The translations under genes were made by a program, and so were the position numbers. 64,000 bases of DNA, from positions 1,509,514-1,573,513 of the forward strand of contig NW_003314287.1 in the NCBI RefSeq assembly GCF_000143415.4, written 5' to 3'. The DNA comes from Selaginella moellendorffii. Lineage: Eukaryota; Plantae; Lycopodiophyta. This document shows, piece by piece, positions 49,148-60,842 of this stretch. How positions within the stretch are numbered: the first letter of the stretch is position 1; each line of letters begins with the position of its first letter. The notes below the pieces were generated by a model, which had not been told where the DNA came from, searched no databases, and saw nothing but the letters and a program-made list of their open reading frames with translations.

Positions 49148-52100
49148 ATCAAGAGGTTCGCTGTAAACTCTGGTTGTGTGTGTGTGTATATTTATGTATA
49201 ACATTCGTGCTGCTCCTCAATAAGCTGGTTTGTGGGAGAGTACTAGCAGCGTTTTGTGAAGCATTGATAAAAAAACTTAAGGTTCGTTTCAAAGCATGGT
49301 TTGACCCTTCCTTTCACACAGATTTTTCCTTTCCTACGCGGCTATCATTCTCGTCACCGGGCAGTTAATTATCCGTTAGATTGGAGGTAAAGTCGTCGAC
49401 TTTTTTAACCGAAACATCAAAGTTGTTCTTCCTGACACCCAGGTACAGTGCTTTGGTGTCAACCGTTTTGTTGGCTTCCTTTTCATTTTGCGATTGTATT
49501 GCGGGGGTGCAGGGTCTTATACGGACGATCACAGAGCAAAAGGCACGACTGGGGAGCTTAGTACATTACACTATCAGGTACGCAAGAAAAAGGTGTTGCA
49601 GGACTTGCCGCTGCAAGAGACCAAACGGGGAGATGTTTGGGGGCAACACGGGGTAAGCCCGGGAAATCCTTGTTTCTTTCGCGCATCACTTCATCCTTGT
49701 TTCTTTTCGTGCTTCCAGGTACTTGGTTCCTGAAACCTTTTGTACTGCTCAGCGAGCCATCGACAATGTTGAGTTTCTCGGGAAGAACATTTCGAGAAAG
49801 TAAAAGAAATCTCTTCCCCAAGTTCTTCGTCCTCATGCGCTGCTTACTTAGCGCATCATTCTAAGAAACAGCAAGCAGACAAAAGCCTTTGCCGTAATGA
49901 TTTGGTTGGAGGCGGCTGCTGCGAGAAAATCCATATAGAAAGCTCGCGCGCTCGCTTGATCCATGTCTTACTAAAGAATAGAGAAATCCCAAACAAATAC
50001 CGGGGAGTTCTTCGTGTTCCTGCTAGCTACTGCGGCTCTGATTTTTAACAAATATTTCTCGAGAGGCTCTCTTTGCTGTCGTTCTCAAATTGTCTGATAA
50101 AATTCTTTGCTATTTTTTGTTTCTTTTTTCTTGAACTTTTCCTTTTCCCAGTTTTTTGTCCAAAACTTCCAGTCTGTGTCTGACATCAATACGAAATGGG
50201 CCTTTAGACGGCCATGCACATGGTCCTGTCTTTGTATGGGTGATCACTCATACAAAGTTAAAAATCCTCCAAACAGGTCAAGCAACTCAGCCTCTCTGCG
50301 CATTGGTTTGAATGGCTGCAATGGCTATTCACTCTCCATAAATATTTTCAATGCACTCTCCCTGGACCACAAGAAAAAGAAGGGAAAAAAGTTATTTAAA
50401 ATTTAAAAAAGAAAAAAGGAAGACAAAAGAGAAGAGTTGCTCTTTTTGCCGGTGTCACTTCACTTTCAGGAGCGATCAAGCGCCCCACCCCCCAAAAAAA
50501 ATTAAGAAAAAAGAATACAAAGACCCAAGAAAATGGTCTATGAGGAGAAATCTCCAGAAGGAACGCTTGAGTGGGCGATGAAAGATCAAGCGCGGGCGAA
50601 TATCAGATCTGGTTGGCGCTCTTTTTGTTCTCCTGCCAATGATGGCGCAAGCGATCCAAAGGAGCGCGTCGCTCTCATGGGAAACCAAGACAATTGCAAA
50701 GGAGAGGAGGAGATGGAGCTCGTTGTCACACTCTCTAGCACAATGCGCTCATCCACATCGTGTGGCTAGCTCCATCGGACAGGCCAAATTTATGGTGTCC
50801 GAGCCAATCTCACAATCGCGACTCGCGAGAGAAGCAAGTGAGCAAATTGTGTTGCTTTGCCTCCGAGGAGAACCTCAAAGCAAACTGTTCGGTGTTTTGG
50901 GACCGAAAAGTTGGCCATGCATGAAAGCAACGTCCAAGTCTCCACTCTACGTTAGCACTGTTGGCATCATGCATGCATCACCGCCGTCACCGCCACCTTG
51001 ATGGAGAAAAACATCAGAGGACCATTTGATGTTTTCTTTTTGTGAGGGGGATGGCTACAATGTAACCACTTGTTGTCAGTGGTCCACCTCGGTTATAAAC
51101 TAGTCTGGCTAATCTAGGTAGCTAATCACAATGTTGTATTGTCGGGAGATACGTGGGCAGTGCTTTGCTGCCACTAAACCATCCTCTTTCGAATGCTTAA
51201 ACCAAAAACATGCCAGGCACGGGCATTTTGGAATGGGCATTTTGTGAGTGGACTGGAGTGGGAGCCATGTACAAAATTATTCTCTTTGTGAGAATCCTAG
51301 ATTCTACAAGCACTAGGCTAAAGCGCTGGAAGGCAGGGTGGAATTTTGGCGGAGCTGCAAGTGCGTGTCTGGAATCTACGCTGCAAAAGCCTCCGGCTAG
51401 GCGCTTAAACAAAACCCAGGCTCTCTGGTGATCATATGCTTCAAAACTAAATGCTTTCCAGAATCCAAGCTCTTTTCCAATGTGGAGATGGATGCTACAC
51501 AACACCAAACCCATTGAACAGCCTTTGTTTTTCAGACCCCCACTTTCTTTAAGGCGGAATTTGGCACCAATGTCCCTACTTGATGGCACAATGTTATCTA
51601 TACGAGTACATGAAATTGGGGAAATCCTTGTGTGGCATTATCAGAAGCTTTAAGAGCGATGGAGTGGTGCCTGTGGACTGGAATGCCCCACAGTAAGATG
51701 CCTTTCGTGCAATTGGGAGAGCGAGAAACTCAAAAGGGCGGGAAGATTCTCTCCAAGACGTATATGTAGAGCATCATATTCTGCACGAATGAGTAGTACA
51801 CACATTGTATACGGCTCGAGAAGAGATGAGATGATCCCACCAGCCAAATGTAGAGTAGCCCACGCAATTCCATGATATGAGCAAATTGCTAGCAGCTTTT
51901 CCATCTCAGCTGTGTAGATCGACACGATGTTAAGAGCTCGCTTAGAGTCTTGAAGTGTCGATCTAAAGCTGACAGTATCTCTGAGATATATACTTAAATC
52001 ACCCCCAATGGAACCATATGATCTCCATGTACATCGTACAAAGCAAAAAAGAAGGAAGAGAGTGTGGCTTTCTTGATCACATAGGTGATCACAGCTGGTC

Positions 52101-53286
52101 CCATGCCTCCACCAGACTCGAAAACCATGTATTACTATTCGGATGTTTGCAGTGATTGCCTCCCAGCTAGCAATTTTCGTACCAACCAACCAGAGAAAAG
52201 AGAATTCATAGAGGAACACAAGCTGCAAATATTTCAATCCCGCCACCTTTCCTTTCACACTTACATGTATGTTATGTGCGCAGACGATTGACACCCAACC
52301 CCCAAGCAGAAAAGCCCATCTAGCTTTCAAGAGGTGGCGAAAGAGAGATCGATTTAAAATAATGTGGCAGCACAGCTTTATGGCAGAGAGATATCTGTTC
52401 CAAACAAAGGGGCTTCGGTTACGAAATTTCCAAAACATCGCGAGCAAATGTACTTGGATCAGGCTACAGCCCAGCCGTGTAAAAAATAAAGAAAAAATGG
52501 GGAAAGAAATAACCAATACCTTCTTATCCGATGGATCGATTCGATGAGAAACACTGGCTCCCCACAGCGAGATTTCACCACCCATGATAGGGCGAGGGGG
52601 CTTGTGTACGAAACTGGGGCGACAAAGTGGCCAGCGTACGGCCCCAGTCAGGCCCATGTGCCAGTGCCCACTGACCCAGTGGCCAGTGGCCAGTGGCCCA
52701 TTCCGATACCACTATCACTCCCAAGTGTAGTGTGAGTGAGTGTATAGCATACTCCTAGCTAGTGGGCTCTTCCCATCTTTTCTCTTTTAGGTCTCTCTTC
52801 GTCGCGCATTTTTCTTTTCTTTGTGAGATTTGCTGCTGCTGCTGCTCGCGCTACTACTGCTACTGGACCTTTGGATTCTTCGAGCGCACTGTGTTCTTGT
52901 TTGGCGTGTCGCGCTGCCCATCTCCATCAATCAATCAATCTCACGCACCCACATTGGATTGACCATGAGGTCGGAGGAGGAACACCCCCGGTGTGTGAGA
53001 GATCTTTGTTGCCGGCTGCGATTCGCATTAGAAACCCCTGTGTAGTTCCTAGCCTTGTCGCCTGAGATGGTTGATTGCTCCTATATGCCCAGAGAGGGGA
53101 GCTGTTCAATCCTGTTTCGTCGGCAAATCGATGGACAGCAGCGCTAGACAGCTCAAATTCCCGAGGTAAACTGTGCCCGCATTGCTTCCTAGATAGCTCT
53201 CCGATCGATTGCTTCAAAATCCGGCTCGCAGGGGGCCGCAATCCTCGAATTCACTGCCCAAGAACTAGAAAACAGAGAAAGCAGAG

Positions 53287-53288
<2 letters not shown>

Positions 53289-53322
<34 letters not shown>
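53289..53322. repeat. (TC)17 microsatellite / GAGA-type element in PIN 5' leader
   Basis: Direct reading, 33 nt upstream of PIN ATG. Confidence 0.85.
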
Positions 53323-53325
<3 letters not shown>

Positions 53326-53355
53326 CGCGAAGGATTTCCCACTCGCCCGGGAAAG

Positions 53356-55811
53356 ATGATTAGCGGGGGCGATTTCTACCAAGTCATGGCCGCTGTGGTG
53401 CCGCTCTACGTCGCCATGATCCTGGCCTACGGCTCCGTGCGCTGGTGGGGGATCCTCACGCCCGAGCAGTGCTCGGGCATCAATCGATTCGTGGCGCTCT
53501 TCGCAGTGCCACTGCTCTCCTTCCAGATCATCTCCAAGAACAACCCCTACCTCATGAACCCCCAGTTCATCGCCGCCGACGCCATCCAAAAGGCGGCCGT
53601 GATGCTCGTCCTCGCCATCTGGGCGCGCTACTCGTCGCGCGCCAGCTTCGAGTGGGTCATCACGCACTTCATGGTGGCGACGCTGCCCAACACGCTGGTG
53701 ATGGGAATTCCCCTCCTCTACGCCATGTATGGCGAGAAGCACGGCAGCCTCGTCGTCCAGGCCGTGGTTCTCCAGTGCATCGTCTGGTACACGCTCCTCC
53801 TCGTCATGTACGAGTACCGCAGCGCCAAGATCCTCATCCTGGAGCAATTCCCCGACACCGCCGCCTCCATCGTCTCCTTCAAGGTGGACTCGGACGTGAT
53901 CTCGCTCGATGGCCGCGACCAGCCCGTGCTCACCGAGGCCGAGGTGGGCGACGACGGCCGGATCCACGTCAAGGTCCGCAAGTCCACCTCCTCCGCGCAG
54001 TCCGCCAGGTTCTCCTCGGCCTCCATGCATCACTTCAACTCCAACTTCGGCGCTGGCCAGTTCAATCTCAACAGCACCGCGAGATCGCCCATGGCATCGA
54101 TGTTCTCGAGCAAGGCGGGGACTCCCCGCCCCTCCAATCTCACCGGGGCCGAGATCTACTCGCTGCATTCTTCGCGGAATATGACCCCCCGCGACTCGAG
54201 CTTCACCCGCGGGGACGCGTATCTCATGAGCGGCGGCGGGAACTCGAGCTTGATGAGCTCCAACATATTTGGACGAGCGAGCACTGGGCATCACGCTGGG
54301 GGGAGTCCTTTGCATCACCACGCACACGAGGGAATGTCCACGGGGCTCCTGAATCAATCCGGGATCACTGCTAATCGCCTGAGCTTCCAGGAGGATCAGA
54401 GCAATGGATTCCACCACCACCACCACCACCATAGCAACAATAGCAACAACACGAGCAAGGTTTTGGGAGCGTACTCGCCATCGCCATCCATGCAGCTCCC
54501 CAAAAAGGTGGCGAACAATAACATTTCCAGCACCACAGGCAAAGATAACAGTGCCACCAATGTTTTGCAAGGGATTCCACAGGGAAAATCGGCTGACTAC
54601 GACGCCAAAGAGCTTCATATGTTTGTGTGGAGCTCGAGCGCTTCCCCAACGTCCGAGAAGGGTTTGCATGTCTTCGGTGGAACCGACTTCAATGCCCGAG
54701 ATGGAGCCAAGTTTGATCCAAAAGAAACCAAACTGGTCGTCGTCTCTGATGATGGTCAAGTGGAAGGCAAGTGTTTCACAACTTGTTCCTTGTTAGTTCT
54801 TACACTTTCCCTTGTTTCTGGCAATGGTTTAGATACGAGGGACCGAGTTCCAGAGTACTTGCACCAGGAATTCAGCTTTGCTGATCGAAACGGTGCGTAT
54901 GATCCATCCGATAAGCTTGAGCCGAATCTTGCGAAGCTAGAATCGAGCTCCACTGTGGAGCTTGCTCCAAAAACTCCAAACTTGAATGGTGGTGGTACTG
55001 GAGAAGGGAATCAAGCAATGCCTCCAGCAACAGTCATGACTAGGCTCATCCTTGACATGGTGTGGAGAAAACTCGTGAGGAATCCAAACACTTACTCGAG
55101 TCTCATCGGCTTGGTCTGGGCTCTCGTCTCTTTCAGGTACTTGTAGCAAGCTCGAGTTCATTCCCTCATTCCTCTTTGATAGCTACTTATAGACTATGAA
55201 ATTACTTTCTTGCCTGACTGAAGCTCTTGTAGATTTTTTCTAGGTGGAATGTCAAGGCGCCGAAACTCATTGAAAAGTCCATCACTATTCTCTCGGATGC
55301 TGGCTTGGGGATGGCTATGTTCAGTCTAGGTGTGTGTAAAGTTTCTCTATTTCTTTCAAAATCTTCCAACACTGATGCTCAATCTTTTGTGTAGGACTTT
55401 TCATGGCGCTGCAACCGAGAATTTTGGCCTGTGGAACTTCCATGGCAATGTTTGGAATGTTGCTCAGATTTTTCTGTAGCCCGGCTATCATGTCTGTGGC
55501 GTCCATCGCTGTGGGGTTAAGAAAGCTGGATCTTCGAGCGGCCATTGTCCAGGTATATAGTTTTTTTTTATAAAAAAATTAAAAATTCATCTTTCTATTG
55601 TATTGATACCAGGCAGCTCTACCTCAAGGAATCGTGCCGTTCGTTTTTGCGAAAGAATATAATGTTCATCCAGATGTTCTCAGCACGGCGTGAGTCTCTC
55701 TTTCTATTCTTTTCGTTCTTTAACTTGAGCTTTCTTGCAAACAGTGTGATCTTCGGTATGCTAGTGGCACTGCCTATAACTCTTTTATACTACGTTTTAC
55801 TTGGCATCTAG
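53356..55811 (+). CDS. PIN: Auxin efflux carrier, canonical long-loop PIN
   Basis: [130 protein letters not shown]. Confidence 0.96.
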
Positions 55812-55974
55812 AAAAGCCTGTGCGCAGAAGATCAAAACACCCGCGAGGATTTCTTACATGTGTATGTATATTAACGTCCAAAATCAAACGATAAGTTCTT
55901 TGAAATTTAAAAGATCTTAATTGGCGGAAATTCCTGCTTGGCATATGCCTGAAATGGGCATTTTAGCTTTTCCC

Positions 55975-56422
55975 GGTTCTAGACGAAACAGGGAGAGCTC
56001 CTTGATAACCACCAGCATACATTTTATTGGGAGGAAGAGGAAACATCCCGACATAGATGTTTATGTGCCTTGTTGTTGGAGATGCACTTCTCATCTTCTA
56101 ACAAGTATCTTTCCTTGCAAAATCTTAAATAGAAGCGCGTTTGTTGAGATGTTGCCCGTCGCTGGCATGTTGTAAAAAGCATTAACGTCTCAGAGATGCC
56201 CTTTTAGGGCATCCGCTACAAGCTATCCATGAGGAGAAAACGTTGGGACCTTAAGAGGGTTTTGAGTTGTGATCTGATATGCAAGCATTTAATCGAGCAT
56301 CAAACCGTGACAGAATTGCTTGCACAGCAATATGCTCGGATCTGTGCAAGCTCTGGAATCCTGTAGTAAATCGAGTCGAAGAGCTCTAGCCAAACCGTCC
56401 TCAAAGACCATGTTCGATCAAG
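55975..56422 (+). pseudogene. Heavily deleted, decayed tandem copy of the downstream PPR gene
   Basis: Collinear DNA matches: 55975 ggttctagacgaaacaggga ~ 57607; about 56030 gaggaagaggaaacatcccga ~ 57727; about 56288 tttaatcgagcatcaaaccgtgacagaattgcttgcacag ~ 58297; 56399 cctcaaagaccatgttcgatcaa ~ 58469. Confidence 0.7.
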
Positions 56423-57183
56423 TTACATCATCCATTCAGTTTCGAGCGTCTTGAGATTGTAGAATGCTTACTATTGAGCATACATGATCCATAGAAGGAT
56501 AAAGACGCTGCTCAGGACTGGAGATACTTGAGGTTGGTACCAAAGGTCGCGATAAATCCAGGACCATAGTAGAGACTTGTTAGGATCAGGAGAGATAAAT
56601 GAATAATTTCTTGCAACCAACGCATATAAGAGAGTTGACCAATCAATCCCTATTCTTGTTTCTCGTCATGATCAGTATTCCAATGAGCCAAGAAGGGGCT
56701 CCCCAAGGGGCTTGATGGCATGGACATTTTAAGAAAATAATATCAGGAAGACTAAAAAAATAAAATAAAATAAAATATTATTTTAACATTCTAAAATACA
56801 TAATTCTTACTGAATTTAGAGAAGTTGTTATGACAGATGATATCAAAGTTGCTCTTGTAGTGGTAGTTTGCGGATTAGATGTCATTGGTAAAGATGTTGC
56901 TGCCTCCATCTATGAATCCCAAGCCAAGAGGGATCAATTGTCTGTGAGCACCAAGGACTTACTGGATTGCGTCTCTTGCATTTGTCTGATGTGTTTTACA
57001 CATGGTGAGTTTCTTGAACCACACATGCTCCTTCTGCTATGAGGTTTTATAAATCTATATTGTTGTGCTGTTTCACTCATTGTGGAAGAGTTGCAACATA
57101 GCACAAATGTAGATTTCTCATATCTTACAGCCACAAGAATAATCAAAGTAAATTACCATTTCTAAAGTAAACTAATTAAAAAA

Positions 57184-57219
57184 TTGACTTACTTTGACTT
57201 TTGTTGACTTTTATTGACT
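57184..57219. promoter_or_regulatory. Four TTGACT (W-box) hexamers at exact 10-bp spacing
   Basis: aaattgactt actttgactt ttgttgactt ttattgactt. Confidence 0.45.
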
Positions 57220-57675
57220 TGAGCTCAGCTTGTGAGTTTAATTCAAAAACTACTCAACCCATCCACCAATGCCTCATTCCAAATCTAAATTCATTAATCA
57301 AGTGTATAGTTATGATGTATTAGCTTAGAATTTTGATAACTGTTAAGTTAGGGTTTTTGGGCTAATTAATATATACGTTTCTATATTTTATTTATACATT
57401 CAGTTAATAATATTAATTTTTATGAAGAACTTTTTAAAATAATAATTATAGTATTATGTTTTGTATATTAAACCCTTTACATTTTGTAGGTATTTTTCAT
57501 ACCTCAATTGTCATTACGAATGATCAGTGGAGGTATAGCCACTCTCACAGGGGAGGCAAAGTAGAGAATGCTATAGGGCGTAATGCTCCATGCGCCAAAT
57601 TCTCGTGGTTCTAGAGGAAAACACGGATAGAATGACTGGCGGGGATCTGCAGGGCGATAAGCCTTACTTTCAGCC

Positions 57676-59400
57676 ATGAGCGTCGCAAATTTCTTCACGC
57701 TTGCGCACCGGCATACGGTGGATGTTGAGGAAGAGGAAGAACATCCCGATACACTACTCTTTGCTCGGCAGCTTCGAGCGTGTGGGAAGAAGAAAGATCT
57801 TAAGCAAGCAAAGCGCTTGCATTTCCAAATCACAAACAGCGGCTACCCCCAAAACAGATTCCTCTGGAACATCTTGATAGAAACGTATGGGAAATGTGGC
57901 AGCCTCGAAGAAGCCCGCTGGACTTTTGACGATCTCAAGGACCCCAATATTTTCTCTTGGACAATGCTGGTTGCCGCGTATGCCCAAAACGGGCATCTGC
58001 GAGACGCCAAAGCTCTTTACAACAGCATGCCAGACAAGAACACCATCTCAGCAAACGCGCTTCTAACGGCATTTTCAAAAAAAGGATACCTGCTAGAGGC
58101 ACGAGAGCTTCTTGATCAGATAAGAAATCCATCTCCGACATCATACAACACCATGATTTCAGCGTATGCCCAAAGCGGGCATATGAACAAAGCTCGCAGC
58201 CTGTTTGAGAGCACTGATAAGAAGGACGTGGTTACATGGACAACGATGATACAAGCGTATGCAGAGGGTGGCAACATAGCCGAAGCAAAGATTCTGTTTG
58301 ATCGAGCTCCAAAACGTGACACCATTGCTTGCACAGTGATGGTCACAGCATATGCTCAAAATGGGCATATGAAGGAGGCTAGAGAAGTGTTTGACTCAAT
58401 CCTTATCAAGGATTCCAAAGCTTGGACAGCCATGATCAAAGCTTATTCCAAGGCTGGCGACATAGCCTCCTCAAAGACCCTGTTCGATCAAATGCCACGC
58501 AAAGATATCACAGCACTCACGAGTATGATCTCTACTTACGCCCAGAATGGAGACTTTGAGCAAGCAAAGCTCTTGTTTGATGAGTGCGAGCAGCGAGACT
58601 CCGTGCTCTACGCTGTGATGATGCGCGCTTACTCCCAGCGCGGTGAAGTCGATCAAGCCAAGCTCATGTTTGACAACATCACACACAAAACCATCCTGTG
58701 CTGGAACTCGATTCTAACGGCATTTGTAAAACACGGGAGATTTGAGAATGCCAAGGACGTATTTTTGGACATGCCAAAGCGTGATGTGGTGTCCTGGAAT
58801 GCGATGATCGATGCCTACGGCAAGAATAGGCAGGGTAAAGAAGCGATCAAACTTTTCCACCGGATGGAGGCCGAGGGGATCGATCCGGATGAGGCTACCT
58901 TCGTTACCATGCTCGAGATTTGTGCGACTTTAGCGTCGATCCAGCAGGGAGAAGCCGTTTACAGGAGAATCCGTCGATCCAAGTACAAGAGACACACCAA
59001 AGTTTTGAATGCTCTGATTCACATGTACGGGTGCTGCGGGAGTTTGATACAAGCGAAGGAAGCATTCTCTCGGCTGGGACGACCGGACGAGTTCTCTTTC
59101 ACCACCTTGATGTCCGCTTGTTCTAGGAACGATCACAGCAGGGAAGCACTCGAGATTCTCCCTTACATGATCCTCCAAGGTGTTGATCCTTCTTCCGTAA
59201 CGTTTCTAGTGGTTTTGTCTGCGTGTTCCAGTGCCGGTTACTCGCCTGACGAAGCTCGAGGATGCTTTGTTGCGATGATTGATGATTTCTCGCTGCTACC
59301 ATCCTCTGAGCATTACGACTGTTTCTTTCGTTTCATGCAACGAGCTCAGCCTCGGCTTAGTGCCGAAATGCTGGCAGATGAGCTCGCCGTTTTCAGATAG
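57676..59400 (+). CDS. PLS-class PPR protein rich in short (S/SS) repeats, no E/DYW extension, intronless
   Basis: 574-aa ORF with repeated ..WT.MI.AYAQ.G...A..LFD units; ends EHYDCFFRFMQRAQ...AVFR*. Confidence 0.9.
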   Translation: MSVANFFTLAHRHTVDVEEEEEHPDTLLFARQLRACGKKKDLKQAKRLHFQITNSGYPQNRFLWNILIETYGKCGSLEEARWTFDDLKDPNIFSWTMLVAAYAQNGHLRDAKALYNSMPDKNTISANALLTAFSKKGYLLEARELLDQIRNPSPTSYNTMISAYAQSGHMNKARSLFESTDKKDVVTWTTMIQAYAEGGNIAEAKILFDRAPKRDTIACTVMVTAYAQNGHMKEAREVFDSILIKDSKAWTAMIKAYSKAGDIASSKTLFDQMPRKDITALTSMISTYAQNGDFEQAKLLFDECEQRDSVLYAVMMRAYSQRGEVDQAKLMFDNITHKTILCWNSILTAFVKHGRFENAKDVFLDMPKRDVVSWNAMIDAYGKNRQGKEAIKLFHRMEAEGIDPDEATFVTMLEICATLASIQQGEAVYRRIRRSKYKRHTKVLNALIHMYGCCGSLIQAKEAFSRLGRPDEFSFTTLMSACSRNDHSREALEILPYMILQGVDPSSVTFLVVLSACSSAGYSPDEARGCFVAMIDDFSLLPSSEHYDCFFRFMQRAQPRLSAEMLADELAVFR

Positions 59401-59451
59401 AAATAAATTGAGCTGCTAAAACGATCCTGGCATGGCATTCCCCGATCACGT

Positions 59452-59560
59452 TACAAGCACTGACCAACGTTACCTTCACTTCACAAGGTCCATACAAATC
59501 CAGCGCCGTGCGGTCTTGTCCGTTCTGGCCATAGATATAAGCATAGGAAACAACGTCTCT
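59452..59560 (-). pseudogene. Possible short PPR fragment
   Basis: Minus strand reads ..YIYGQNGQDRTALDLY..VTLVSAC, resembling a collapsed PPR P-L motif; short, no ORF context. Confidence 0.35.
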
Positions 59561-60228
59561 TTACAGCCGTCTTTCATGTTCTTACAAACCCTACTCTGTT
59601 TTCGGCATCTCCTAGCGTACGATCTTAAGCGTGCTCATTTTCAGATGAGCAGACGGAGCGGTGGGATAGAAGCGTATGGAAATGATTTAGTGACTGTAAT
59701 ACCGTTTTGAAAGATTCGCATGCCAGTTTATAACTTAATAAAAATAAAAATGCTTGTCTATTTGAATAACATATTTGTTCTTGTATATTATTTTTATAAG
59801 TTTTAATATTTTCATTTTATTATTTATATTAAATTTGTCTTTCTATTATTGGTTTTACCTTTTCAATTTAACCTAATTTTATCAATTAATAAATTTGGAA
59901 ACTAGTTTTTATGGTTGCCATAGATATTAACATTATAAATCGTAGATAACTAATATTTAATATTGGTTTGCTTAAGAAAACCTGTAATGAATATATCTAG
60001 AATATGCTTGGATATTCTGGGATATTCTAACATCTAATAGTTTTTATTTATTTATATTAATCTTATATTTATAATTCATAAACTTTCTTAAACACTTCCT
60101 AGTAAATTCTAGTTTATTCTACTATATTACATTAATAATATTAATCTTGTGTTTATAAATTATAAATATCCAATTGATCAATTGGATTTTTAAATAATTG
60201 TGCAGCAAATTATTTTATTACTTGGTTA

Positions 60229-60231
<3 letters not shown>

Positions 60232-60273
<42 letters not shown>
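60232..60273. repeat. (TA)21 microsatellite inside a very AT-rich block (about 59720-60330)
   Basis: Direct reading. Confidence 0.9.
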
Positions 60274-60276
<3 letters not shown>

Positions 60277-60842
60277 TTAATAATATAAATCCTTTTCTAG
60301 ATTACATTTAAACCTATCTAGAATAACAATGACATCTTTTTGCTTCCACACAGTAGAAAGATCAGTTCTATTGCCTTTGCCACTCCTCCCATTCTAACAC
60401 TCCACCCTTGAGAGAACACTCATCATCACAGCTAGATCACCTGGAAGCGACATCTGCCAAAGTCCAATGAAGAGGAGGATTGCCTAAGCTTGTGATCTTG
60501 TGGCAACGCTACACGAGAGGCCGAGAGAAGACAGCTGTGCTAGAGCCACGGATCGATCTGTTCGTTCGGAGAACCATTCTTTTGTTGTGATAGAGCGCTA
60601 GAGCTTGAAGTATCCAGCGAGATAAGTGGCCTTTGAATTTGATTTATGGGAGTTATCCTGCAAAGAGATGTGGCTTGCATTTAGAGGCGATTTGAGCTAG
60701 ATTGAGGAACAGGAGATGACCATGGACGTGAATAAACTACCCTATGTTAGAGTTTTTATGTTCTCCAAGATTGAGAAAACCTTGACGCTTTAAAGTTTTT
60801 TTTTTTAACAAATACAAATAAAACTAATAAATGACATTAATC

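Noticed and set aside
53251-54759. 502-aa minus-strand ORF
   Set aside because: Antisense mirror of PIN exon 1 caused by GC3 bias.
59983-60780. Possible solo LTR starting TGTAA
   Set aside because: No matching end, target-site duplication, PBS/PPT or TE coding sequence could be identified by eye.
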